This document shows, piece by piece, positions 1 through 21,981 of a stretch of 64,000 nucleotides of DNA. The stretch is taken from NCBI GenBank assembly GCA_033442325.1, contig JAWQFM010000011.1, positions 207,131 to 271,130 of the forward strand. The letters run 5' to 3'. The DNA is from Salpingoeca rosetta (lineage: Eukaryota > Protista > Choanoflagellata). A program made the position numbers and the translations under genes. The notes under the pieces were generated by a model, which saw only the letters and a program-made list of their open reading frames with translations, was not told the DNA's origin and did not search any database. The stretch's first letter is position 1. The number at the start of each line of letters is the position of its first letter.

Positions 1-26
1 AACAACACACACACACACACACATCC

Positions 27-70
<44 letters not shown>

Positions 71-133
71 CACAAAACACAAAACACAAAACACCTCACC
101 CCCTCAAGCCCCCCCCCCCCCCCAACATACGTA

Positions 134-187
134 CGTTCTTGCTTCCAGTTCGGACGAAATTGAGGCGCGCGAGTCTGGCGAGCCCAT
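134..187 (-). CDS. Possible exon of a gene running off the left edge (MGSPDSRASISSELEART...)
   Basis: ATG at 187, open frame to a GTACGT donor, then a (GT)n-rich intron-like stretch on the minus strand. No recognisable homology. Confidence 0.25.
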
Positions 188-1173
188 TTCAAAGGACTCA
201 CTGAACTGCTCATCGTCATCGTCCAAGCCTGGGACACCAATGCCCAGTACCCGCAAGACCAACAACAGCAAGTAAGTTGACAACCAGCAGGAAGAAGGTA
301 CTAAGGTACTGCCACATCCATATTATATTTCCTGCGCCACCCTCAACCCCCCCCCCTCCCGCGACTCACGAGAGTTGATCAATGACGCAGTGAGGTCCGT
401 CATCGTTGCCCGTGTTCTCTTCCTTTCCCTTCCCTTTTCTTGCTTTCAGCCCTGCTCCCTCCTTCCCGTGTGCCTAAGGGAGCACACGGCTGTGATCTTG
501 TGATTTGATGCAACAGCTTTGCCACGGTCTTACCCACGCAGCCAGAGATGAGCACAGAAAGAGCAGCAGGAGTGCACACACCACCACAAGCAAGCTGGAA
601 CAACAAAACAGGCTGTCTGTCTGTGTGTTTGTGTTTGTGCGCTCTTCAAGCCCGGACAAAGGCAATTTTGCTCAATCGCATTGTAAGTCAATTTTGCCTT
701 TGTGCAACCCCCCCCCCCCCCTCAACCTTTACAGCCCCCAGCTTGCTTAAACTTACTTCTCTTGTTCTTCGTCCCCAGCACAGTCGTGCCAGCTAGCCCA
801 ACTCGCAGCAAGTGGGGAAGCGAGAGGCGACTCTCCCCTCGATTCAAGAATCAAGTGCAGCAAGTGCAGCAAGTGCAGCAAGAGACGTGAAGCAAGTGCA
901 TCGCAGCATTGTGGTGCGTTTCGAGCCCGCCACTTGGTGTTTGTGCCTTTGGTTTGTTGGTCGCTCGGTGGCGTGGGCGCGGCACACATCGGGGCAGTTG
1001 CTGAGAGGACCGAGCGCTCCTCCCTTGTCCATTCTACTACACCCCAACAACAAGAAGACAAGACAAAGAGACAGCAACCAGGCCACCAGGCCACCAGACC
1101 ACGACTCCCCCGAGCGAACAGTCCCCCGCCACATTTGGACAGCACGTTTTCCCGCGCGCCTGCAACTTCATCC

Positions 1174-7385
<6,212 letters not shown>

Positions 7386-7537
7386 TGTTGGTTGTGGGTT
7401 GTGGCGTGATGCAACTGCGTTTGATTGGGGCTGCTCGCTCTCACACAAACACACAAACACACACACACACACACACACATGCGTGTGCTGCTGGCTGTGG
7501 TCTGACGCGCCACGTTCTCTGCGTCCCTTCTTTCCCT

Positions 7538-7581
<44 letters not shown>

Positions 7582-7845
7582 TCGTTATTTGTTCTTTCTC
7601 CCTTCCACCTCCTGTGTTTGTTTTCGCATGCATGCTGTTCATAATAATGATAACAATTGCTCTCTTGCTGTGCTATTTATCCATAAGTGGGCTCAACCCG
7701 CGTAACACGCACCGTGGTGATGACTGGTTTGTCTCTGCTTGAATCGATTGCTTTCGTAGTATCGCTGCTTCACAACGCGCTGTCCAGGTGTGTTAATGCG
7801 TGCGCACGGGTCTAATGTAAACATCGCTGATCATGTCACAAGTTG

Positions 7846-7893
<48 letters not shown>

Positions 7894-8209
7894 GCGGCGG
7901 CTGGTTCCGAGCTTCACAAAGCAACACTGTATGTGTATGTCAGCTCGCTAGGTACGTTGCAGATGTGCTCTTGTCGTTTATTGTTGAGAGGGGCCAAACC
8001 AAGCGTAACCAATGCACACGTGGGGGCAGAGCAAGGGCATGGGGCACAACATGTGAAAGAAAGAACACGCAACCGTAACCGCCTGTGTAAGCGCACGTGA
8101 TTGGTTGCGTGACACAACGCTCGTGTGCTTGGTGTGCCCAGTGGCGATGCAAGCACGACACTCAGGGTGCCTCCCTCCCCCAACCCAAACACGGCAGCAG
8201 CATGCTACG

Positions 8210-8822
8210 TTACTTTGATGTGGTTCGTGTTGGCGGAAACGTGGCGCTTGCGGCCCATTGCAGCTTCCCGCCAATGTATGTGCACAGCACATGCAGGTCG
8301 TGCGAGAGAATGACGAAATCTGCGTCTGCGCCGTAGTGGAGGTGGCCCTTCCTCTCCTCAATGTTCAACAGCTGCAGCAATCGGTGGTGAAGAGGAGAGG
8401 GAAGAAAGGTGATGGTACAGGTGGGGCAGGGAAGAGGGAGGAAGGGACGGTGAGAGGGTGCGAGTGCGCGCATGCGAGCAGAAGTGCGGACTGGTGAACG
8501 GTTGTGCGCTTGTGCGTGTGTGCTCAAATGTGTACTGTACGCCTGTCACACGCTCGCGAATGCAGTCGCGTGTGCAGGATGAAAACAACAGCAACATCAA
8601 CAACATCAGCAACAACAGCACCATAGCACGGCATACAGTGTGCCATCATCACTATACCTGTGCAGGTCGAAGGCTGGCCGCCTCAACAGCACGCGCGGCC
8701 CCAGCTGCCCGCGACGTGACAGAGTGGTGCAGTTGGTGCAAGAGTGCCCGAGGATGCGATTGTCGTGCAAGGTGATGTGCCGTGCAAGGTGAGCAAAGCG
8801 AAAGCAGAACGTGCGCGGCAAG

Positions 8823-8900
<78 letters not shown>

Positions 8901-9195
8901 GTGTGCGTGCGGTTGGGCATTTGAACGACCGACACATTAAAGGTGATCACACATGCCATGCATGCAAACGCGCACCGAATGTGGAGAAGCGGCGAACACA
9001 CACGTCCATCGACACCGCGCTGCAAAGACAAACGCCGTGGGAGGAATACCATCCAACAAGATAAGATGAACACGTGTGCGTGAGTCGGTGAGCATGTCAG
9101 CATGTGTGTGTGCCTTGTGTGTGTGCGTATGTGTGTGTGTGTGTGTTCGTGTGTGTGTGTGTGTGTGGAGAGCAGTTACGAGGTTTGCGATGCAA

Positions 9196-9237
<42 letters not shown>

Positions 9238-9640
9238 TGCACACATGCACACACCTGCCAGCGAGGGTGTCTGTTCCCTTGAGTGTGAGTCTGTGGTTGT
9301 GGTCGAGGACAACAGCCATGTCGCCAAGATGGTGTTCGCCCGGCGGTAGCCCCATCGCCTGTGTTGCATCCGTTATCAGCACGCAGCCTGCAGTCATGTG
9401 GTGGTGGTGACGACGTGAGTGGTTTGGTTGGGTGTAGCTACAGTAGGAGGAGGCAGGGGGGGATATTGGTTGGGAAGTGGCACTCAGCCTGTTGCATCAC
9501 AGCTGGCTCGTTCACACAGACAGACACACAGACACACACAGACAGACAGACAAACAGAAACACACACACACACACTTGCACATACACACACAGACACACA
9601 CAGACACACAGACACAGACACACAGACACAGACACAGACA

Positions 9641-9681
<41 letters not shown>

Positions 9682-9928
9682 GACCTTCGGGGTGGTTTGC
9701 ATATGCGAGGCGCATGGATGCGTCGTGTGTGTGCAGTCCGTCAACAATGAGGCCATAGAAGAAGCGATATCTGCCCTCGCCACCATACGGCAGCAGCCCA
9801 ATGATGCCGGGGTCCCTGAATTCGAGGGCGAGGTGGTGTCGTGAGAGTGACGTGGTGGTGTCGTGAGAGTGACGTGGTGGGCATGTAAAATGAGAACAAG
9901 GTACACGCACATGCATTCAGATATATAT

Positions 9929-9961
<33 letters not shown>

Positions 9962-11350
9962 GGCAGGCAGGCAGACAGACAGGCAGACATACACACACAT
10001 CCCCAACACACAGACAGACAGACAGACACACCCCCAACACACACACACACACAGACACGCACATAGGTTCCAGACCTGTGGTGAAAGGCTGTCATTGCGT
10101 TGAAGAGGTGGGTTATGGAGGAAGCACCCATGAGCATGCCGCGCTCTGCTTGCTCAAGTGTCGCGTGCGTGTGTCCGAGGCTGACAACAATCCCGCGCTT
10201 TCGCAGGTCCTGAATGACACGTGGCGCGTGCTCCAACTCCGGCGCCAGCGTGACGATGGCGACGTTGCTGAGGTCTGGGCCATATGTGGTCTCGATGCTC
10301 GCCATGCCGGCCTCCAGTGGCTGGATGAGATGCTTTGGGTGTGCGCCTTTCTTGTCGGGGTTGATGAAGGGGCCTTCCAGGTGCACACCAAGCACAGCCG
10401 CGCCGGCATCTCCGCCATCAGCCTTCTTCATCTGCGTTGGGCCAAAGGAGGAAGAGGAGGAGGTTGGGGGCGACGGTGAAGGTGAGATGCAATGGCAGAC
10501 AAGGAGACAGACAGACAGGCAGACAGACAGACAGATGGAAACAGCAGACAAAACACAGACAGGAAAAAACACACACACACAGACAGACAAGCAGACACGC
10601 ACACACACACACACACACACACAGACAAGCAGCCACACAGACAAGCAGCCACGCACACACATCCCATACACCTCCACACACACACGCACACACATTCACA
10701 CATTCACACACACGCATCCACACATATGCTCAGCGCCGCTGAGCGTACTTTGGGCAAGATGTCGTGGTAGCGCTCTGGAGAGGATGTGATGATGGTGGGG
10801 CAGAACCCCGTGACGCCTTGCTTAAGGAGGGCGCGGCGCACCTTGGCAATACCATCCTCGATGTCGTTGCTGTGTGAGGACGAGAAGTCAACGCCGAAGC
10901 ACCCATTCAGCTGCACGTCAATGAAGCCGGGCGCGATCATGTTGCCTTGTGCATCCACCACCACGTCAGCCTGAACACACATCAGCGGGTGGGTGTGGGA
11001 GAGAGTGTGAGTGAGGGAGTGTGGGTAAGGGGCGGTAGGGTGTGTGAGTGAGCGCCGTGTGCGCAGTATGCAGACACAGACACAGGCACCGACACACACA
11101 CACACACACAGACACACACACAGACACACACACAGACACAGACAGACAGACGAACACACAGACATACACACAGAGAGACAGACAGACACACACACACACA
11201 CACACACAACCCCATGTCTCCCCGTACCTGGGCCTTGGTCGCGAAGAAGAGATCACGAGGGTTGACAACCTTGCCATCCTGCACCCAAAGGTCCTCTCGA
11301 ACAAACTCCCCATGCTGCAACAGCAACCCGTTGATCACCCTTAGGATCAT
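8210..11350 (-). CDS. AMDHD2: N-acetylglucosamine-6-phosphate deacetylase (AMDHD2/NagA), multi-exon
   Basis: Exons encode [16 protein letters not shown]..., [90 protein letters not shown]. Confidence 0.93.
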
Positions 11351-11560
11351 CGCGTGTGCCTCACACTCACCTCTTGCAGCTGCGTGTTCAAGGGAGTCTG
11401 TGCCCAGAGCCAATCACCAGCACCGCCAACCACCAACCAGACCGATCAAAGTGCAAAGTACGGCAATGCTCGCGACAGCAGCCAGAAGTAAGCAGCGTTG
11501 TCACCGTTGTCAGCGTTGTTGTCAGTGTTGTTTGTGTGCATTTCCCAATACGAAGTGAAG

Positions 11561-12234
<674 letters not shown>

Positions 12235-12483
12235 CGTCGTTATGTGACAGCACAGCGACGCAGCGTGCACAGTAAACAGCATTGACACAAGCAGCACAGC
12301 ACAGACAAAAGCCCTCATCGTGAGCTGGATTGTAGAATTTCAGCCGAAACTTCAACAAGTTTTCTACAATCGCCTCATCTCGCTCCCCACCAACAACAAC
12401 AAAGCATCCACCCTCGCTCACTTCTTGCTTGCTTGCTCGCTCGCTTGTGTTGCTTGTGTTGCTTGTGACTTTTATTGAACACG

Positions 12484-14387
12484 ATGGAGGAGGTGGCGGC
12501 GTGGTTGGAGGCGATCAAGCTTCCCCAGTACGTGGAAAACTTCAAAGACAACGGCTACGACGACCCTTCCATCATCACCAGCCTGGACGATGTGGATCTG
12601 GAACACATTGGCGTCGCACTGCCTGGACACCGCAAGCGCATCCTCGTGCAAGGTTGTGTGTGTGTGCGTGCGTGTGTACGTGTGCGCGTGTGCGTGCGTA
12701 TGTGTGTGTGTGGTGATGCTGGTGGTATCGTGCTCGCTAGTGCCTTTGGGGTTTGCATGTCACCAACCCAGTACTGCTCACATACCGCACGCGTGCAGCT
12801 GCCCGGTATTCTCCCGAAGAAGTGCAGCGATTGAACCAAGTCAAGGCAAGCCAACAACAACAGCAACAACAACAACAGCAGGGCAAGCCGGCAGCCAAGC
12901 CCCGGCCGCAGCCTCGCTCGCGCCAATCAGAGAGCGATGGCAAAGACTCGCGATCGCCCAACGACAGCCTGCCCGCCGTTCCCTCAGCTACAAAGAGCAG
13001 CAACAGCAACAACAGCAACAGCAGCCCGTTTGGTCGCCCGCTCAGCGTCGTCAACGATGTACGTCCATGGGTTGTAGCGGCGGGAGAGCCTGTGCGCATG
13101 AATGCTGGTGTGTGTGCGTGTGCGCGCGCGCGTGTGTGTACTGAATACTGTATAAGTGCATGCTAGAGAGAGAGTGTGTGTGTACGTAAGCAGCTAGTGG
13201 TTCTCTGCTCATGTTTTGCTTGTGACCTACGCTGTTGTATGTGTGCTCATGCGCCGCTCCGCTGTGTGCTGTGCGCCACCAGACGCCCGAGGATGTTGCG
13301 ATTCAGCATGAGGGCACGGCTGTGATCCGCCCGCTGGCCATCACATCTGTGGTTACTGCAAAGGAGGTCATTGACATGTTCGTCAAGGCCACCACCCCCA
13401 TGAAGACCGACCCAGACAACGTCTGGACTCTCTTTGAGGTGCGCACCAAAGGTGTTTGTGTGTGTGTGTGTGTGTGTATGTGAGTGAGTGAGTGTGTGTG
13501 TGTGAGTGAGTTGAGTGAGTGAGTAAGTAAGTGTGTGAGTGTGTGAGTGTGTGTGTGAGTGTGTGAGTGTGTGAGTGTGTGTGCTTCTGCGTGTGCTTCT
13601 GCGTGTGCTTCTGTGTGTGATACGTTCGTCCTCGTGCGCTCGTGTACACGCGGGTTGGGGAAGTTGTTTCATGGCTGGACATCGCCACATGCCCACCGCC
13701 AATCACGACGACGACCTTGATGCTTCTGCTGCTGCTGCTGATGATGATGATGCTGCTGCTGCTGCTTATGATGATGATGGTGGTGGTGGTGATGACTCTG
13801 ATGATTGCTACAGACGTTTGAGAATCCGCCCGTTGAGCGCCGTCTTCGTCCAAACGAATTCGTCCTCAAGTCAAAGGTGCTCACATGTGCTCACCTGTGC
13901 ATGTGTGTATGTGTATGTGTTCATGTGCTCATGTGTATGTATGTGTTCATGTGTTCATGTGCTCATGTGCTCATGTGTGTGTTCATGTGCTCATATGTGT
14001 GTGTGTGTACTTGAGCTGGCATTCATCGTTCCTGCTTCATCTTGACCTCATGTCCCCCGTTCATTCACCACCACCACCATCCACCTATCACCCATCCACC
14101 ATATCACTCGTCCACCCTCACCCCCATCGCGCCCCCCCCCCCCCAATTTTCTTTTTCATCAGCGCAACTGGCCCAAGACGGAGGGCTGCCGCTTTCTCCT
14201 CCGCGAAATGCCAACTCGTCTCCTCGGCCAGGCCGACAGCAACAAAACCGTGCGTCGACCCGTGGGGAGGGGGGTTGTGTGTGTGTGTGACATGTCGTTT
14301 GCTGCTGTCTCTGAAGCTCGTGGCTTGCTTGCAGTGAGCTCCTCTCTGTTTGTGTGTATTGCGTGCCTGTGTCTGTCATTCGCACAC

Positions 14388-14433
<46 letters not shown>

Positions 14434-15337
14434 CTCACACACACACACACCTGACACGCACGCAGGGGAAGCTTGACAAGCGGGGCGGGCGACACAAGAG
14501 CTGGAAGAGCCGGTTCTTCGCGATGCAGGACACCAAAATCAACTACTACTCAAAGCTGCCAACCAGCACCAAGCAGCAGGAAAACCCAGTCGGTACGCAC
14601 ATGCGAGCAGTGCAGGCAACTGGAAGGGGGGGGGGAAGGCTTGATGGCATGCGTGCGGGTACTTGTGCGTGTGGGTATTGATGCGTGTGAGTGTATGCGT
14701 TTGTGTGCGCTCTGTTCTCTCTTCTTTCTGTTTTGCATTCATACTCACACAAATGCATTCACTCTCACACACTACCTCCCTCACACACATACAACACATA
14801 CACACACACACTGTCTCTCTCTCATCCATGGTGTTTTCTCGTTACTTGTGTGCTGTTCATTGTGCAGGTGCGTATGTGTTTGTGAACCATCTTGTGTACA
14901 ACGTCAAGTACTACAAGAAGGCGCCCCGCCCACATCTCTGCTTCTGTCTCCGGCCCATCAAGGAAAACGCCCCCGTCTGGCCCGACGGAGACGCAAAGGA
15001 GGTGCTGCAATGTGCATACGCGCGCGTGTGTGTGTATGCGAGTGTGTGCGTGTATGTGCGCGTGCGTGTGCGTGTATGTGCGTGTGTGCGTGCGCTGTTT
15101 AACGGACACTGGCCATGCCGTCCTCGTTAGCATCAACACCTACACGCAGAGTTATTCACTGCAATAACCTCGAGATACAACCGCGCTCACTCCTACCGCA
15201 ACGTTTGAACGCCGTCATGCACGCTGGTTGCAGGTGTACGACGAGTTTGACAACGGGTGCAAGTTCATCTGCGCGAATTCCGAGGAGGAGCGTGCAGACT
15301 GGGTCGCCTCCATCCTCAAGCGGCAACAGGACGTGAG

Positions 15338-15404
<67 letters not shown>

Positions 15405-15731
15405 CTGCGTCTTGTTGACGCTGCACGCTTGTTGCTCACTGTTCTGTGTCTGTCCTTTGCCTTCTCTGTAGCTTATTGACCAAGGCGCCGTGTACGGCAC
15501 TGCTGAGATGCCCATGCCTCAGAGGTGAGCTGGCTAAACAATCAGCCCACGCACGCGCACACAGTGTTGCACACATGTCTTGCTCTGCTCATGATGATGC
15601 TTCACTCACTCACTTCCTCACTCACTCACTCACTCACTCACTCACTCACTCACTCACTCACTCACTCACTCACACCTTCATCAATTAACCCTGTTTGCAA
15701 ATGCAGCTTTGAGAATGACGACGAGGATTGA
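12484..15731 (+). CDS. SAM + Ras-association (RA) + PH domain adaptor protein (MRL/Grb7-type RA-PH unit)
   Basis: SAM: EVAAWLEAIKLPQYVENF...HIGVALPGHRKRIL. RA: TAKEVIDM...WTLFE/TFENPPVERRLRPNEFV. PH: GKLDKRGGRHKSWKSRFF...YKKAPRPHLCFCLRP...KFICANSEEERADWVASI. Ends FENDDED* at 15731. Confidence 0.85.
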
Positions 15732-15763
15732 GGGGAACACCAACACACACACACACACACACA

Positions 15764-15806
<43 letters not shown>

Positions 15807-15901
15807 CACATCACACGCTTCGCCGCAGTTACGACGTTTTGCTGTATCATTCATTAAAATTCATCAACCACATGCTCCAAACGACAACGACAACGACAAC
15901 G

Positions 15902-17203
15902 ATGATGCGTGCTGTTGCGGTTGTGCTTGCTGCCCTCATTGCTGTTGTGGGTGTGGTGGCTGAGGCAGCCCACCTACCACCAGCATGGGCCATGAATGGC
16001 GAGTTTGGTCAGTCCATGCAGCACCTGCTCACAGACGTGAAGGGCTCTCCACTCTACTTTGATTTCTTCCTGGTAAGTTCACTCACTAGCGAATCTTGTG
16101 GTTTAAGTGAGGTGTGAGAATGGAAAACACGTGCGCACGAGTGATGCACAACTCCGCCAGCCATGCTCACACACGGCTGTTTTCTTAACCCACGCTTGCT
16201 GTGCGGTTCCTAACCCTTGTTGGCCCCGCCATTACCACCTTGATGCTGTGCTCTTTGCAGGACCACTTTGATCACAGCTCCCCCACATTCCGTGGCCGTT
16301 ACTACATTGACGACTCCCAGTTCAAGAACGGCTCCGTCTGCTTCTTCTACATGGGCGGCGAGGTGAGACGCGAGTGTGAGAACATGAGCTAATAAGCGTG
16401 CTCATGCACACGAGAATGCTCCTGTCCACCTGGTCTAAGGTCTCACGGCTTCGGACATCCTCTCACACCCTGTGAATCCTTGTTCTCCGTGTTGTGTCGT
16501 GTCGTGTGTTGCTTCTCTCCAGGGTCCCAACACCGGTATCCGCAACGACTATGTCTCCTACCTGGCCAAGCAGTACAAGGCGCTCATCGTGTCCATTGAG
16601 CACAGATTCTATGGCGATTCTGTGCCCTTTGATGACTTTAGCGTCACCAACCTCGAGTACCTCACTTCTCGGTTAGTATGACAGAAAGAGAGAGAGTGTG
16701 TGTGTATGTGTGTGTGTGTGTCAGTGTGAATGTGTGTGTCTGTGTGCTTGTGTGTCCATGTGTCGATTAAAGTACGTGCGTGCGTGTGTGTGTGTGTTTG
16801 TTGGGTGGGACCGTTTACGCCATGCTCTGTGCACAATTGCTTTGAAAATGCATTGTGTCACATCGTCACTCACGTCCGCGTGTGCCACCTTCTGCCATGA
16901 CAGCCAAGCGCTGGCGGATGCGGCACAGCTGATCAAGCACGTCAACTCGTCCGACACATACAAGTGCAGCGCCTGGTTTGCTTTTGGCGGGTCGTATTCC
17001 GGCGCCCTCAGCGCGTGGTTCCGCGTCAAGTACCCAGACGTCATTGTTGGCTCGCTCTCCAGGTGCATGCATGAAGACATGGAGTGTGTGTGTGTGTGTG
17101 TGTGCGTGCGTGTGTGTGCGTGCGTGCGTGCGTGCGTGTGTGTGCGTGCGTGCGTGCGTGTGTGTGTGTGTGTGTGCGTGCGTGCGTGTGTGTGCGTGCG
17201 TGC

Positions 17204-17244
<41 letters not shown>

Positions 17245-18351
17245 CGTGCGTGTATTTGTGCGTGCTCCTGTGCGTGCTCCTCCCCCATCTCCACAGCTCT
17301 CGTTGTGCATGTGTTGCTTTCTGCAACAATGTCTTCGTTTCCGGCACTGTGCGCCCTCCTCACCACACCCCCCCCCCTACGTTTCCTTTTCCCGCCAAAC
17401 CACAAATGCCCTCCCCCTCCCCACCCCCCTTTGCAACAGCTCTGGTGTTGTCAACGCCATCCTTGATTTTACGGCGTTTGACGTGCAGGTGAGGAACGCC
17501 ATTGGCTTTTCCTGCACCAAGGATCTTCAGCGCGTCACAGCCGCTTTCGAGACGGCGCTCAACAAATCCGGTCAGGCATGGCGTGTCTGCGTGCGTGTAT
17601 GCGTGCTTGCATGCCCGTGTCTGCGTGTGTGTATGCGTGCTTGCATGCCCGTGTCTGCGTGTGTGTATGTGTGTATGTGTGTCTGCGTGTGTGTATGTGT
17701 GTATGCGTGTATGTGTGTGCATGCGTGTGTATGTGTGTATATTTGTATGTGAACGTGTCTGCTTCGCTTTCCTATTCCAACACCAATCCTTGCTCCCCCT
17801 CACCACCATCGCCGCATTGCACCCACCCCCTCAGACAAGAGCAACGCGCACGCCAAGGCGCTCTTCAGTGTTCGTGCAGACATCCCTGACGGCGACTTTG
17901 CGTACATGCTCGCAGACTCAGCCGCCATGGCAGGTGCGCTCATGGTGACAGTGGTGGTGGTGATGATGCTGGGACGCGTGGTCGTGTGGTCGCAATACAA
18001 GGGCTTTTTCTTTTTGTCGCGGTGTGTCGTTGGGGTGTTGGTGCTATGGGTCTCCTTCATCAACACACGTTCATGTGCCCCGCTGTGTCCTGCTGTGTCC
18101 AGCACTGCCTGTTGCACACAAACGCCATATTATTCCCCCTCACCTCACCTTCATCACAACCGCCTCCACCGCCACCACCGCCACCACCGCCACCACCACT
18201 ATGGTGCCCTGTAGACCAATATGGCAGCAAGGAGAAGCTCTGCTCGGCCATCAGCGGTCTCCGCAACGAAAAGGACGATGAAATTGTCATGCAGACGTGA
18301 GCACCACACTCTCTTTCTTTCTCTCATGCTCACACGCAGACCATGGGGTCG

Positions 18352-18415
<64 letters not shown>

Positions 18416-18920
18416 TAGTCATGTCGTGCTTGCGTCTCACCCAAGCCCTCCATTGCCACCATCATCGCCATCGTCATCAGGTTTGCCAACTTCACCATCA
18501 AGTTCTGGGGCGCCGACTTTGGCCCGTCCTGCTTCTACGACTCGGAATGCGTCCGCGTAAGTAGCATGATGTACCTACGCACACACACACACACATGCAC
18601 ACACATGCACATGCACACACACGCACATGCACACACACACACACAAATTTCGATGTGTCATCGTCCCTCATCGTCGTGTCTCTTTCCCCTTTCCCCCAAA
18701 CACCACCAACACCACCGCCACTGCAGAGCAACCCTGCTGCGTGGCAGCCGACGGCACGGTCGTGGTGGTGGCAGAAGTGCCACGAGCTCGCGTACTGGCA
18801 GAACGCGCCCGTGGTCAACAGCCTGCGCATGTCTCTTCTCAGCATGAACTACCACAAGCAGCGCTGCGAGTTTATGTTCGCAAAGGGCGTCTTCCCAGGT
18901 GCGTACATGCTGTGTTGCTG

Positions 18921-18958
<38 letters not shown>

Positions 18959-19354
18959 GAAGTGCATACACATGTGCTTGCATATGCGTGTGCATGTGCA
19001 TTGTTCTTGTTGGCGCATGTTAACGTATTTTCTCATCACCGTGTAGATTGCTCCTGTCATATCACCCGACTTGTCCTCACACTCCATGTCACCACTTGCC
19101 CCCCCCCCGCCCCACCTGACAGACACGCAAGGCACGAACAAGTATTACGGCGGGAAGCACCCGAACGGTACCAACATCTTCTTCAGCGACTTCTCAGACG
19201 ATCCCTGGCAGCAGGCCAGCGTCCGCACGGTACCTGCTGCTGCTGCTGCTGCTGCCGTTGTTCTATTGTGTCTTTTGCTGTTGATGCACTACACTGCACG
19301 TGCGGATGGCTGTTGGTTGTGTGTTGTGTTTTCTTTTCTTTCCTTGGCACACCT

Positions 19355-19419
<65 letters not shown>

Positions 19420-19607
19420 ACACACCACACTTGCAGACGCTGTCGCCAGCGCTGCCTTACGAGCTCGTGACGTGCAACGGGTGCGGCCACTGCATGGATT
19501 TGCACGCACCGGACGACGAGAACGACCCCAACGCCCTCAAGCAGGGGCGCGTAGCCTTTGAGAAGCACCTCAGCACATGGCTCAAGCCATACACGACAAC
19601 CAACTAG
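15902..19607 (+). CDS. Secreted serine peptidase family S28 (prolylcarboxypeptidase/thymus-specific serine protease-like)
   Basis: Signal peptide [22 protein letters not shown]. Motifs [56 protein letters not shown]. Confidence 0.93.
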
Positions 19608-20007
19608 CTCTTTGCCCGCTCTCCCTGCACCTTTTCTTCTTTTCTGATTGCACATGTCTTGCTGTTGCTGTGTGGCATCTTCACAGCTTCTCTCATTCCA
19701 TTTTTTTCGTTGCTCGCGTTGTCGCACTCTTCACCATCACATCATGTTGCAATTGCCCCGATGTGTACGTGTGTGTGCGTGTGCACTGTGTCTGAACGCT
19801 GATCATCAGCACTCAACTTCATTGCGAACACAACACCCCATCTTTGTTCTTCCTCATGCTCTCTTCTGTTATTTGCCGCCATCTCTCCATCAAACAGTTT
19901 AGAACGCGACACAACTTGTCATGTCAATGCTTTGATGAAGCACAGGGCGCTTGCCAAGCCTACGCGCACAACACGCCATGGCGGGAAAATCAACCACAAC
20001 AACGCGT

Positions 20008-20053
<46 letters not shown>

Positions 20054-20266
20054 CAAGTAAGCACAGATGATTGTCGGACTGATCGCGACATGAAAGCGAA
20101 ATGGGAAGCGAACAATCAAAAGAGACAGGAGAGGAGGAGGAGAGAGGAGGTCGGGAAGAGAAAAAAACATTTGAGAGTGACTCGGTGTGACGGGTCAGCC
20201 ACCGTGTGGAAAGCCAGACGGATCTTGAAGCTCACATGAATTCATGCACGCGTGGTGCACATCACA

Positions 20267-20890
20267 TCATGCGTCCTGCTCGATTGCCTTGAGCGCTGCA
20301 AGCACGGCGTCTGTGTGCTCTGGCTTTCCTGCGGAGATGCGAATGAAGTTGTTGAGATTGCCGCCCTGCGACCCAAAGAACCGGATGATGATTCCGCGTT
20401 TCCGCAGCGCCTGTTCGTGCAGGGAACGCACAGGGGAAGGAGTGCGGAGGGGGGGGGGGGTGATGTGTGTGTGAGTAAGTAAGTGAGTGAGTGAGTGTGT
20501 GTGAGTGAGTGAGCGAGTGAGTGAGGGTGTGTGTGTTTGTGTGAATGCATGTTGGAGTGAGGGTGTTAGGCAGAGTGTGCGTATGTATTCGTGCGCATGT
20601 ATTCGTGGTAGACAGCGGACCCATCTCCGCTCGAGTGCATGACCGTGAGTCGTCCAACAATGGCAACGCACCATGTACACGTCGTGGGCGCTCCTATCGC
20701 CGGTGACCTCAATCAACGTGAAGTTTGCTGAAGATGGGATGGGTCGCAGCCACGAAAACTGTCGCGGATCGAATGTGTGGAAGCGCATGGCAACGGCGAT
20801 GATGGGAAAGAGAACGGTTGAATGATGGTATCATTGATGTGAGTTAACGTGACTATGTGAGGAAGGAAGGACAGAGTCAGTTCAAACATG

Positions 20891-20933
<43 letters not shown>

Positions 20934-21554
20934 GTTTGAGTTCGTTGAAGAGGCGATCGCGCTCCTGGCGCATTGCTCTGACGGTGACCATGATGGCTTC
21001 TCGGTGCTCAATGGCTGCCAGTCCTGCCGCCTCCGCAGCCGTGTTCACGTTGTACGGCTGTTCGTGCCGGGGTCAGAGTTGGGATTGGGGGGGGGGGAAT
21101 TGTGTGCGTGAGCGTGTGTGAGTGTAAGAGTGTGTGTGTGAGAGTGTGAGCGTGTGAGAGTGTGAGTGAGTGAGTGAGTGTGTGTGTGTGTGTGTGCTTG
21201 TGCATGCGTGTGCGCGTGTATGCGTGTGTGCATGCGTGTGTGCGCGTAATGCAGACGGCTTGTGGTGTAGATGTTAGCAAGCATCTGCAGGCAAGCATCC
21301 TGATCATGCATCGACCTGCTTGATTGCCATCATAACCGACACGAGGTCCTTGTGAGCAACAGCGAAACCGAGACGAAGACCAGCGAGGCCAGCCCTGCAT
21401 CAGCAGCAACAGCGCACACGTGTGACCATGAATGCAGATGGACCGATTGTGGGGTGAGCACGCAACATGTGGACGATGGCAAAAGGGGGCGTGCGGCTTC
21501 CGTGCTTGCAGTGCAGACAAGCTACGCGACACATACACACACACACGCACGCAT

Positions 21555-21601
<47 letters not shown>

Positions 21602-21946
21602 TACGCACACACACACATACGCACGCATGCACACACACGCACGCATGCATGCACGCACGCATGCACACACACACAGTCAAGCGAATCGAACCATTTGCTC
21701 ATTGTCCTGCAGATGATGAGGTTGTCGTGTTTGCCAAAGAGAGACATGGCTGTCTCATCACAAAAGTCAGCATACGCCTCATCCACGATGATCAGGCAGT
21801 CCTCCTGACAAGTGCCCGCGAAGACATGACGCGCAACGTGCAGAGCATAAGTTTGAAGAACAAGCAACTCCAGCTATGCGCACACCGCATTCACAACATC
21901 ACACACACACAGACACAGACACAGACACAGACACACAGACACAGAC

Positions 21947-21981
<35 letters not shown>

